Counted from the first letter of the stretch, positions 1 to 7,540 are shown. The stretch is DNA of 13,333 nt from Spirochaetota bacterium (GCA_023406985.1 JAEXTK010000293.1:1-13333); one strand, 5' to 3'. Made by a program: numbers and translations. Notes: a model not told the origin generated them from the letters alone.

Positions 1-42
1 GGCGGCGTCCCGGGCCGGGGGGGGCCGCCCGCCGCCTTGGGT

Positions 43-516
43 CTATCGGCCTTCAAAGGCGGCCTTGAGATCCGCGATGACGAGCTTGCGCATCGTGAAC
101 ATCGCCGCCGTCATCCGCCCCTTCGCGGCGGCGTCCTCGCTCTCCATCATCTCGATGAGCGCGCGGGGCACGACCTGCCAGGTGACGCCGAATTTGTCGT
201 CGATCCAGCCGCACTGACTCGGCGTGCCGCCGTCGGCGAACGCGTCCCAGTACTTGTCCACCTCGGCCTGATCCGCGCAGCTCACGACGAAGGATACGGC
301 CGGCGAGAACCGGTAGACCGGCCCGCCGTTCAAGGCCGTGAAGCGTTGACCGCCGATCCGGAAATCCACGGTCATGACCGAACCGGCGGGGCCGGGGCCC
401 TCGCTTCCGTAGCGCACCACCGAATCGATGCCGGAATCCGGAAACAGGGAAACGTAGAACCGCGCGGCCTCTTCGGCCGCGTCCGCGAACCAGAGGAACG
501 GGGTGATCTTCTGCAT
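43..516 (-). CDS. VOC-superfamily protein, PhnB-like (3-demethylubiquinone-9 3-methyltransferase-like domain, glyoxalase/bleomycin-resistance fold)
   Basis: 157-aa ORF. The N-terminus MQKITPFLWF... and overall composition are characteristic of the PhnB-like/PF06983 family. A strong SD (GAGGGAGGAG) sits 5-6 nt upstream of the ATG on the minus strand. GC3-biased codon usage. Confidence 0.8.
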   Translation of the reverse strand: MQKITPFLWFADAAEEAARFYVSLFPDSGIDSVVRYGSEGPGPAGSVMTVDFRIGGQRFTALNGGPVYRFSPAVSFVVSCADQAEVDKYWDAFADGGTPSQCGWIDDKFGVTWQVVPRALIEMMESEDAAAKGRMTAAMFTMRKLVIADLKAAFEGR

Positions 517-636
517 GGCTCCTCCCTCGGGGCCGAGCGCCCCGGAACGAGTTCAATGATAGCGGCGCCGGGGATACGCGGGCGGCATGTTTCCGCCATT
601 CTTGGGGGGAGTTTGCGACAACGGGGATGGAGCTCC

Positions 637-720
637 CGGAGCGGCGCTCGCGGAGCGGCGCGCAGCGAGTCGCCCTCAGGGAGCGGCGCTCACGGAGCGG
701 CGCTCACGGAGCGGCGCGGA
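637..720. repeat. Six tandem copies of a 14-bp unit (consensus CGGAGCGGCGCTCA), each with palindromic core GAGCGgCGCTC. Copy 3 is degenerate.
   Basis: Read directly from the sequence. The units are 637-650, 651-664, 665-678 (degenerate), 679-692, 693-706 and 707-720. The array overlaps the last five codons and the stop (704-706) of the minus-strand response regulator, then continues into its 3' flank. Confidence 0.85.
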
Positions 721-2311
721 ATTCCGTCGGGGTCAAGCCGGTCTCGCGCTTGAAGATCGCGCCGAAATAACGGTGATCGGCGTAGCCGACCAAGTCGGCG
801 ATCTCGGCGAGCTTCTTGTCGGTAGACCGGAGCAGCTCTTTGGCCCGCTCCACGCGATAACCGGCCAAGTACTCCACGAAGCCCACCCCGAACTCCTTCT
901 TCATGATCTTGCTGAGATAGCTCCGGCTCATGCCGAGCTCGTCGCAGAGGATCCCCACGCTGAGGTCCGCTTCAGCGTACCGCTCGGCGACCGAGCGGCG
1001 TATCTCCGCGGCGCGGCGGGCGGCGGGATCGGCGCGGCGATCGAGGAGCGCGGACGAGATCTCCCCGCAGGCCGCGGCCATGGCGCGCTCCAGGTCTTCG
1101 AGCCTCCGCATGCCGGCGAAGGGTTTCGTGTGGTCGATCCCCGCGAGCGCTTCCAGGTCGTCCCGCGCGATGCCGAGCGCCTCGGCGGCATCCAGGAGCG
1201 CGAAGACGAGGCGCCGCGTTTCCAGGTCCGCGCGGTCAGGCCGCGGAGAAGAGGCGCGGAGCGCCGCGGCGAATTCCTCCACCGCGGCGAGGGCGTCTTC
1301 CCGAGAAGACGAGAGCGCGAGGGACAGGCGTTCCGCGGAGCGGCGGAGGCGGGGATCGCCGCCCGTGTCGGGCGGGAGGTCTTCCCACCGGACGGGGCGC
1401 CCGTCGCCTGACTTCAGGAAGCGGGTCTTCAAGGCTTCCTCGGCCTGGGATCGCGATAGGGGAATTCCCGCCGCGCCCGCGGCGATGCCGCCGACCGCGA
1501 GGAGCGCTTCCGGCCCCGCGGCCGCGCGGAGCCGGGCCGCCGCGATCTCCGCGTAGGCCCTGAGCCCTTCGCGGAGCGAAGCCTCGTCGTTCGCCGAGAC
1601 CAAGGACGCGGCCAGGCGGGTACCGCCGTCCCGATCGGACTCGTACGCGAAGACCGCCGTCTCCAGCCGGCCGCGGACCGCGTCCTCCAGCGCCGCGAGG
1701 GCGGCGGAGAGCGCCGCGTCGGCGTCCGCGCGGGGCAGCCCCCCGTCGATTTCGGCGAGGAGCACGGCGTAGACGGGGGCGGACAGGGCGGCGCTCTCCA
1801 CGGAGCGCCAGGCGACGAGCTCCTCGTCGGAGAGACGGCCCGACAGAAGGGCTCCGAGCGCTCGTTCGCGGCGGAACCGCTCCGCGGTTTCGGCGAGCGC
1901 TTCCAGGTTTTGGTTTCGGTCGCGCTCCGCCTTCCCCGAATCGAGGCGCTCCTTGAGCCGCAGGAAGAGGGCGCGGATATCCTTGGCGGAGACGGGTTTC
2001 AGGAGGTATTCGGCCACGTTCCGCCGGATGGCTTCCCGCGCGTATTCGAACTCGTCGTAACCGGAGAGGATGACGACGACGGCGTGCGGCAGATGTTCCT
2101 GGGCCCAGAGCGCGAGCTCCAGGCCGTCGGCCACGGGCATGCAGATATCGGTGAGCACCACGTCCGGTTGTTCCCGGCCCGCGACCTCCATCGCCTCGCG
2201 TCCGTCGGCGCAGGCTCCGACGAGACGAAAACCGACGGCGGCCCAGTCCACCCGATCGGCGAGTCCGCAGCGGATGATCTCTTCATCGTCGACGATCAAG
2301 ACCTTGTACAT
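704..2311 (-). CDS. Two-component response regulator, CheY-like receiver + C-terminal AraC-type HTH (YesN-like), with a ~300-aa Ala-rich central region
   Basis: N-terminal MYKVLIVDDEEIIR...DVVLTDICMP...LLKP receiver motifs. C-terminal ...SRSYLSKIMKKEFGVGFVEYLAGYRVERAKELL...ADHRYFGAIFKRETGLTPTEFR is an AraC HTH. I placed the start at the MYK Met (2311) rather than the upstream Met at 2347. Reasons: a minus-strand extended -10 (TGGTATAAT, 2322-2330) sits immediately upstream, and position 2347 falls inside the divergent kinase's putative -35. Confidence 0.85.
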   Translation of the reverse strand: MYKVLIVDDEEIIRCGLADRVDWAAVGFRLVGACADGREAMEVAGREQPDVVLTDICMPVADGLELALWAQEHLPHAVVVILSGYDEFEYAREAIRRNVAEYLLKPVSAKDIRALFLRLKERLDSGKAERDRNQNLEALAETAERFRRERALGALLSGRLSDEELVAWRSVESAALSAPVYAVLLAEIDGGLPRADADAALSAALAALEDAVRGRLETAVFAYESDRDGGTRLAASLVSANDEASLREGLRAYAEIAAARLRAAAGPEALLAVGGIAAGAAGIPLSRSQAEEALKTRFLKSGDGRPVRWEDLPPDTGGDPRLRRSAERLSLALSSSREDALAAVEEFAAALRASSPRPDRADLETRRLVFALLDAAEALGIARDDLEALAGIDHTKPFAGMRRLEDLERAMAAACGEISSALLDRRADPAARRAAEIRRSVAERYAEADLSVGILCDELGMSRSYLSKIMKKEFGVGFVEYLAGYRVERAKELLRSTDKKLAEIADLVGYADHRYFGAIFKRETGLTPTEFRAAP

Positions 2312-2321
2312 AACCCGGAGG

Positions 2322-2330
2322 ATTATACCA
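2322..2330 (-). promoter_or_regulatory. Putative extended -10 (TGnTATAAT) for the response-regulator gene, implying a near-leaderless transcript
   Basis: The minus-strand sequence reads ...gatgGTGGTATAATcctccgggttATG. The perfect TATAAT lies 10 nt upstream of the ATG at 2311. No SD is seen. Confidence 0.35.
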
Positions 2331-2346
2331 TCGATCCGGACTCTCA

Positions 2347-2375
2347 TTGACGCCGGGCTGAGCGGATACGATACT
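2347..2375 (+). promoter_or_regulatory. Putative sigma70-type promoter for the histidine kinase (TTGACG -35, 17-nt spacer, GATACT -10)
   Basis: TTGACG at 2347-2352 and gATAcT at 2370-2375 with a 17-nt spacer. The region is AT-rich relative to the genome. SD GAGGTG (2389-2394) lies 6 nt before the ATG at 2401. Confidence 0.3.
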
Positions 2376-2400
2376 TTTAAAAAACAGTCGAGGTGCCCCG

Positions 2401-3549
2401 ATGGGTGATGCCGGTCTATTCGCGTACGTGAAGATCCAGGGAGCGCAACAACTCGTCACGGTTCCGATTTCCTCGGGAAAGCCCGAAGTCGCCGATGCCG
2501 TGCAGGAACGATGGCAGGGCGTCGTCGACCTCGTCGCCGGCATACTGCACGTGCCGACCGGGCTCATCACCCATCTCACGACCACCGACCTGGAGATATT
2601 CGTCGCGAGCCGGACCGCGGGAAATCCCTACAAACGCGACGACAAGGACAAGCTCGGGATCGGCATGTTTTGCGAATCCGTCGCCGGGACCCAGCGGCGC
2701 CTCTTGGTCGCCGATACCGAGAGCTCGGCTTACTGGAAAAACAACCCGCACGCCGCCCTGGGGATGCGCGCCTACCTGGGCGTCCCCATCCGTTGGGAAG
2801 ACGGGGAACTCTTCGGCACCTTCTGCATGCTGGACGAGAAGGCGAATTCCTTCTCCGCCGAGTTCATCGATTTGATGGAGCGCTTCAAGGACATCATCGA
2901 ATCCGATCTCCGGTACCTCCTCCTCTACAAGGACCTGGAAAGACGCCTATCCGCCAGCCAGATGGAGCTCCGGGAGATCCACCATCGGCTCAAGAACCAA
3001 TTCAACATCCTGACCAGCTACATCAGCCTCCAGTCGCAGGTAGGGCGCCCCGAGAATCTGCAGGATACCCTCAAGGAAATCCAGCACCGGATCATGGCCC
3101 TCTCCATCATCCACGACGAGCTGTACCGGTCCGACGGGATGACCTTGCCCTCGCTGGACGTGTATCTCCCCCGTCTCTGCCGCTACATCCTGGAGGACTT
3201 CGCCGACGCCGACGTGGACGCCGCCTACTCCATCGCCGATCTGGATCTCCCCATGAACGCCGCGATTTCCATCGCGATCATGGTCTCCGAGCTGCTCACC
3301 AACTCCATCAAGCACGCGTTCACCGCGACGCAGGAAAAGAGGATCAGCCTCACGGTCCAACGGACGGACGCGGGACCCGTCTCCCTCGTCTACCGCGACA
3401 ACGGAAGGGGACTCCCCGCCGGCTTCGATCCCGCCACGGCCCCCTCGCTCGGCATGACCCTGCTCAACGCCCTCAGCGCGCAGCTCGGCGGCTCGATGCG
3501 CGCCGCCAACGACGGCGGCGCCGTCTTCATTTTCGAATTGTCGCTTTAG
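2401..3549 (+). CDS. Soluble sensor histidine kinase: N-terminal GAF-like domain + HisKA_2 dimerisation/phospho-acceptor + HATPase_c
   Basis: H-box EIHHRLKNQFNILTSYISLQS (HisKA_2 type). N-box SELLTNSIKHAF. G1 box YRDNGRGLPAGFD. G2 box GMTLLNALSAQLGGS. No TM segments. The N-terminal 180 aa have GAF-like composition. SD GAGGTG upstream. Confidence 0.85.
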   Translation: MGDAGLFAYVKIQGAQQLVTVPISSGKPEVADAVQERWQGVVDLVAGILHVPTGLITHLTTTDLEIFVASRTAGNPYKRDDKDKLGIGMFCESVAGTQRRLLVADTESSAYWKNNPHAALGMRAYLGVPIRWEDGELFGTFCMLDEKANSFSAEFIDLMERFKDIIESDLRYLLLYKDLERRLSASQMELREIHHRLKNQFNILTSYISLQSQVGRPENLQDTLKEIQHRIMALSIIHDELYRSDGMTLPSLDVYLPRLCRYILEDFADADVDAAYSIADLDLPMNAAISIAIMVSELLTNSIKHAFTATQEKRISLTVQRTDAGPVSLVYRDNGRGLPAGFDPATAPSLGMTLLNALSAQLGGSMRAANDGGAVFIFELSL

Positions 3550-3609
3550 AAGAACCCGCCGGAGCGTTATATTGAACCGTGCCGACAGGTATAAAATCCG
3601 GAGGAAAAT

Positions 3610-5235
3610 ATGTTCGTCGACCGCCTGCTGAAGCATTACCCGAATCCGGACTATGAGCTCAGGTCCAAGATGACCATCTTCGCCGCCCTTTCGCTCTTCT
3701 CGGCGGCCCTCGCTCCGGTCATCGGGACCATCGATATATTCGCGGGGGCCGAGCCCGCCATCATCGTCATGGAGTTCGTCTTCCTCCCCGTGATCCTGGC
3801 CCCGCTCTTCCTCGCCATCCGCGGCCGCTACGACCTCGGCGTCGCGCTCTACCTCGTCCTGCTCGACCTGGTCTTCCTCGCGACCACCCTGGTCCTGCCC
3901 GTCTACAATCCCGAGATCATCTATAAATACGCCTTCTACCTGATCCTCTCCCAGCTCTTGGGCCTCGTCATAGCCCGCGACAAGAGTTCCATCATCGCGA
4001 ACCTCGTCCTGAACGCGGGATCCCAAGTGCTCGTATTCGTCCTGCTCGGCCTCGCGCCCGCCCACGCGGACCTCCGCGGCCTCTCCACGACGGCCTTCGT
4101 CGAGACGACCATGATGCTCGCCTTCACGAGCTTCCTCTCCCTCCGCGGCTCGCGCATCTTCTCCCACGCCATCGACATGGCGCGGAGCGAGGCGGAACGG
4201 TCCCGGGCCCGTGCCGCGGGGATGGAGCAGGCGGTGGCGGCGGCCCGGTCCAGCTTGGACGTGGGCAGGGAGCTGTTGGCCATATCCAAGAAGATCGAGG
4301 CCCTGACGGTCGAACGGGAACGGAGCATGCAGGAGCTGGAGTCCCTGTCCGCGGCGTTCCAGGCCCGCCTGGACCAACTCGCGGAAGAAAACCGAAAGCT
4401 CCGTAACACCGCTTCCGACAGCGAGACGATACTCGGCGCCCAGGAACGGGCGATCGAAGAGACGAACGGCGCGGTCGGCGGCGTGTCGGAGGCCATAGCC
4501 GCGGCCCAGGCCATGGCGCAGCAGCGGCGCGCCGCGGTCCAGGCCCTGCTCGCGGCCTCGGAAGAGGGCGTCAAGCGCCGCGCCGAGGTGACGAAGGCCC
4601 TGGAAAAACTCGGCGAGAGCATCCAGGGCGAGATGACCTTCGTCGGCCTCATAGAGGACGTGGCGTCGCGCACCAACCTCCTGGCCATGAACGCCTCCAT
4701 CGAGGCGGCCCACGCGGGCAACGCGGGACGGGGGTTCTCGGTCGTCGCGGCCGAAATCCGTAAACTCGCGGAGCGAAGCACGGAGGAGACCAAAGGCATC
4801 GCCGCGGTGGTGGCCGCGAACCGGGATTCCCTCGGACGTACGGGGCAGGCGAACGTGGAGGCGGAGGCGCAGTTCGGCACCCTCGTCGGGGAGGCCAAGG
4901 AAGTGGCGGAGGCGATGGGCGAACTCCTCGACCGCCTCTCCGGCATGTCGCGCGGGGCGCACCTCATCGACGGCAAGGTGCGCGACCTCCTCAGCACCTC
5001 CCAGCGGTTCGACGCGGCGTTCAAGGAGATCATCGCGATCTCGGGCAGCAACGACGCCGAATTCGCGGAGATGCTGCCCTTCTTCCGCGATCTTTCCTCC
5101 CGCGTTTCCGCCGACCTGGCCGCGATGCAGGCCATCGGCGAGGAGGCTCGGCGGATTGCGGAAGCCGGGAAACGCAACGCGGAGCGGACCGAGGCCCTCA
5201 ACGCCGCCATGGCCGCCCTCGCCCCGGATCGGTAG
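3610..5235 (+). CDS. Methyl-accepting chemotaxis protein with polytopic (approx 6-TM) N-terminal membrane domain
   Basis: Highly conserved MCP signalling motif [43 protein letters not shown]. Ala/Glu-rich coiled-coil heptads surround it. N-terminal 185 aa are hydrophobic with multiple TM helices. SD GGAGG 5 nt before the ATG. Confidence 0.9.
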   Translation: MFVDRLLKHYPNPDYELRSKMTIFAALSLFSAALAPVIGTIDIFAGAEPAIIVMEFVFLPVILAPLFLAIRGRYDLGVALYLVLLDLVFLATTLVLPVYNPEIIYKYAFYLILSQLLGLVIARDKSSIIANLVLNAGSQVLVFVLLGLAPAHADLRGLSTTAFVETTMMLAFTSFLSLRGSRIFSHAIDMARSEAERSRARAAGMEQAVAAARSSLDVGRELLAISKKIEALTVERERSMQELESLSAAFQARLDQLAEENRKLRNTASDSETILGAQERAIEETNGAVGGVSEAIAAAQAMAQQRRAAVQALLAASEEGVKRRAEVTKALEKLGESIQGEMTFVGLIEDVASRTNLLAMNASIEAAHAGNAGRGFSVVAAEIRKLAERSTEETKGIAAVVAANRDSLGRTGQANVEAEAQFGTLVGEAKEVAEAMGELLDRLSGMSRGAHLIDGKVRDLLSTSQRFDAAFKEIIAISGSNDAEFAEMLPFFRDLSSRVSADLAAMQAIGEEARRIAEAGKRNAERTEALNAAMAALAPDR

Positions 5236-5283
5236 CGCGCGGGACGGTAGCGCCGCTGCGGGGAACGAGGCTATAAAAGGTTC

Positions 5284-6195
5284 ATGATGAACCAAACCGA
5301 AAAGTCCTCGTTCTCCGCCGTGGCCCTGGGCGCCGTCGTCCTCGTGACCGCGATCTGGGGTTTCAATTTTATCGTGATCAAGGTCGGCGTCGCGGGCGTC
5401 CCGCCGCTGCTCCTCGCCTCACTGCGGTTCGCGCTGAGCGCCTTCCCGGCCCTGCTCTTCGTGAAGAAACCCCAAGCCTCCTGGCTATCGCTCGCCGCCT
5501 ACGGGCTCCTCCTCGGCGTCGGCGAATTCGGCCTCCTCTTCACCGCCATGAAGCTCGGCGCTCCCGCGGGCCTCTCTTCCATAATTCTCCAGGCCCAAGC
5601 CTTCTTCACCGCCCTGGTCGCCGCGGCGGCGCTCAAGGAAAAGCTCCATATCCACAACTTCGCCGGCATGGCGGTCGCGGGCGGCGGCCTCGCGCTCATC
5701 GCGCTCTCGGGCCGCAGCGGGCCGGCCCCGGCCCTGACGGCGGGGCTCACCGCCATGATCCTCCTCGCGGCCTTCTTCTGGGCGCTCGCGAACGTCGTCG
5801 CGCGGCGGATGCCCAAGACCGACGGCCTCTCGCTCATGGTCTGGTCCAGCCTCTTTTCGCCCCTGCCCCTCCTCGGCCTCTCCTTCGCCTTGGAAGGAAA
5901 GGAGGCCATAGCAGCGGCCTTCTCCGGCCTCGCGCCCGTCTCCATCGGCGCCCTCGCCTACCTCGTCCTCCTGTCCACGCTCTTCGGCTACGGCGCGTGG
6001 AACCAGCTCATCATGCGCTACGGCGCGAGCCGCGTGGCGCCGTTTTCCCTCCTCGTGCCCATCTTCGGGGTGAGTTCGGGCGCCCTCGTGCTCGGCGAGC
6101 GCTTCTCCGTCCTCGACGCCGCGGCGGCCGGCCTCGTACTCGCGGGCCTCGCCCTCCACGTGTTCGGGGGACGACTCCGCAAGACCCCGGCCTGA
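5284..6195 (+). CDS. EamA/DMT-family (RhaT-like) 10-TM permease
   Basis: 303-aa protein. Two tandem halves, each with 5 hydrophobic segments typical of duplicated EamA domains (...GFNFIVIKVGV... / ...WALANVVARRMPKTDG...). The start is a tandem ATGATG preceded by TATAAAA (5272-5278). Confidence 0.8.
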   Translation: MMNQTEKSSFSAVALGAVVLVTAIWGFNFIVIKVGVAGVPPLLLASLRFALSAFPALLFVKKPQASWLSLAAYGLLLGVGEFGLLFTAMKLGAPAGLSSIILQAQAFFTALVAAAALKEKLHIHNFAGMAVAGGGLALIALSGRSGPAPALTAGLTAMILLAAFFWALANVVARRMPKTDGLSLMVWSSLFSPLPLLGLSFALEGKEAIAAAFSGLAPVSIGALAYLVLLSTLFGYGAWNQLIMRYGASRVAPFSLLVPIFGVSSGALVLGERFSVLDAAAAGLVLAGLALHVFGGRLRKTPA

Positions 6196-6210
6196 AGGAC
6201 CGGCGGCCGA

Positions 6211-6239
6211 TCGGCGCGGCGGATCGACGCCGGCGCCGA
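6211..6239. terminator. Possible GC-rich bidirectional hairpin between convergent genes (no U-tract)
   Basis: tcggcgcggcg / gatcga loop / cgccggcgccga forms an 11-bp stem with one bulge. It lies between the EamA stop (6195) and the hydrolase stop (6249). This is a weak call. No T-run, as expected in 70% GC DNA. Confidence 0.2.
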
Positions 6240-6248
6240 CAGACGCCC

Positions 6249-7052
6249 CTAGGGAGTCTTGATCCAGTCCCGAACGAGGGCGGCCGTCTCGTGCGCCCGC
6301 TCGTCGAAGGGGAAGAGGTGGCCCGCGCCGGCGAGCCGTACGGCCTGGAACGACGAGGCTGCCTTGGCCCGCTGGCGGACCAGGTCGGCCACCTCCGCGG
6401 GAACGACGGGGTCCTCCGCTCCCACGATCACGAGGACGCGGGAGCGGAGGTCGCGTAGGCGGCTACCGCAGGCCAGCATGAGCCTGCCGAGCTCGGCGGC
6501 GGGAGCCACGAGGTCGTCGGCCCAATACTCGCCGTGAAGGGTTTCCCGGATCGGGTCCCCCCGGTCCCCCGCGGCGAGGGGCCGGTCGCGCCGCAGCACC
6601 GGCCGCACCAGACCTACGAGCCGCGCGAGCGTGAGGTTCTGGCCCGTCACCTTGAACGCCGGGGCGAGCAGCGCGAGCTTGGGGGCGCCGAAGGCGGCGG
6701 CCACGGCCGTGGCCAGGAGGCCGCCCATGGAGTGGCCGACCACGTGGACGGTGGGGTACGCGGCGCGGAGGTCCATGTACGCGTCGAAGGCCCGCCGCGC
6801 CCAGTCCTCGGCCCGGGTCAGCATGAGGTCGGCCCTGCTGGTCCCGTGTCCCGGATAGCGCGGCGCCGAGACGGCGTAGCCTTCGGCGGCCAAGGAGGCC
6901 GCGATGACGGACAATTCCGAGGGATTCCCCGTGAACCCGTGGAGGAGGAGCACGGCTTCCTTCGCGCCCGCGGGATCTTCCCGTATGGGCAAAACGTCCC
7001 GTATGGGCCGCGTTTCGGGCGCCGTCCGTAAAAGAGCTTCCAAGCGTGTCAT
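6249..7052 (-). CDS. Alpha/beta-hydrolase fold carboxylesterase/lipase-like protein
   Basis: Oxyanion-hole motif LLLHGFTGNP. Nucleophile elbow VVGHSMGGLLA (G-x-S-x-G). C-terminal AGHLFPF contains the His of the triad. Similar in size (267 aa) and organisation to Est30-type esterases. No convincing SD before the ATG at 7052. Confidence 0.8.
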   Translation of the reverse strand: MTRLEALLRTAPETRPIRDVLPIREDPAGAKEAVLLLHGFTGNPSELSVIAASLAAEGYAVSAPRYPGHGTSRADLMLTRAEDWARRAFDAYMDLRAAYPTVHVVGHSMGGLLATAVAAAFGAPKLALLAPAFKVTGQNLTLARLVGLVRPVLRRDRPLAAGDRGDPIRETLHGEYWADDLVAPAAELGRLMLACGSRLRDLRSRVLVIVGAEDPVVPAEVADLVRQRAKAASSFQAVRLAGAGHLFPFDERAHETAALVRDWIKTP

Positions 7053-7107
7053 AAATCCAAGAGTAGGCTATGCCGCGGGGCGCGGCAAGTACGGCGGCTC
7101 CGACCGC

Positions 7108-7158
7108 TTGACACATTGTACTAGTTCAATTAGCATTGTACTAGATGAATAGTACAAT
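7108..7158 (+). promoter_or_regulatory. Promoter (TTGACA-17-TAGCAT) for the GntR gene, overlaid by three copies of ATTGTACTA (two direct, one inverted). The inverted pair forms a perfect 9-6-9 palindrome spanning the start codon, so this is a probable autoregulatory operator and the transcript is leaderless.
   Basis: TTGACA is at 7108-7113 and TAGCAT at 7131-7136. ATTGTACTA occurs at 7115-7123 and 7135-7143. Its inverse TAGTACAAT is at 7150-7158, with spacer gATGaa containing the ATG at 7145. The predicted TSS at ~7143 lies 2 nt from the ATG. Confidence 0.45.
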
Positions 7159-7540
7159 CGCGAGCCGAGGCGTGGCATTCGGCCTGGACGCGTCGAGCGG
7201 GGTACCGTTCTACCGCCAGATCATCCAGCAGATCGAGCGCGCCATCCTCGCGCGGAAGCTCGAACCGGGGGATCGGCTGCCGACGATCAGGGCTCTCGCC
7301 GTGGAGCTCAAGATCAACCCCAACACCATCGCCCGGGCCTACGGCGAGCTGGAGATACGCGGCATCGTCGTCACCCAGGTCGGCAGCGGGACGTACATCT
7401 CGGACCAGAGACCTGAGCGCGAGGACGCGCGCGCCAAGAAACTCGCCGAGGTCGTGGCCCGGTTCGTTCGCGACACGGAGGCCCTGGGCGCGGACAGGGA
7501 CGAGGCGATCCGGCTCGTCCGCGAGTTCAAGGAGGACTGA
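7145..7540 (+). CDS. GntR-family transcriptional regulator, short YtrA-like subfamily
   Basis: The protein is 131 aa. The N-terminal winged HTH is FYRQIIQQIERAILARKLEPGDRLPTIRALAVELKINPNTIARAYGELEIRGIVVTQVGSGTYIS. The C-terminal extension is short (~50 aa), typical of YtrA-type regulators that control adjacent ABC transporters. Confidence 0.85.
   Translation: MNSTIASRGVAFGLDASSGVPFYRQIIQQIERAILARKLEPGDRLPTIRALAVELKINPNTIARAYGELEIRGIVVTQVGSGTYISDQRPEREDARAKKLAEVVARFVRDTEALGADRDEAIRLVREFKED

Noticed and set aside
637-720. Tandem repeat considered as a possible CRISPR array
   Set aside because: Units are only 14 bp and directly abutting with no spacers. The array is very short and there are no cas genes nearby. 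This is a minisatellite-like or REP-like repeat, not CRISPR.
37-1556. Plus-strand ORFs 37-753, 587-1411 and 930-1556 overlapping the VOC and regulator genes
   Set aside because: They are antisense or off-frame to well-supported minus-strand genes. They read through the tandem repeat array, are Arg/Ala/Gly-rich, and have no RBS.
2345-2347. Upstream Met (MRVRIDGIILRV-) as the regulator start, as given by the ORF track
   Set aside because: The 12-residue extension is not receiver-like. A TATAAT box would then lie inside the coding region. The position coincides with the divergent kinase's -35. MYKVLIVDDEE is the canonical receiver N-terminus.
5230-5256. Direct repeat GGTAGCGC x2 just after the MCP stop, considered as a regulatory element
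   Set aside because: It is only 8-9 bp and partly generated by the TAG stop context. A chance occurrence is likely in GC-rich sequence, and no supporting structure was found.
2947-5295. 782-aa minus-strand ORF spanning the kinase 3' end and the whole MCP gene
   Set aside because: It is antisense to two genes with clear domain signatures. Its translation is low-complexity G/R/E/D/H-rich text with no motifs. Long stop-free antisense frames are expected in 70% GC DNA.
6463-7116. Minus- and plus-strand alternative ORFs (6463-7116, 6534-7031, 6631-6858) inside the esterase gene
   Set aside because: The esterase frame has the HGF oxyanion motif and GHSMG nucleophile elbow. The alternatives are low-complexity.
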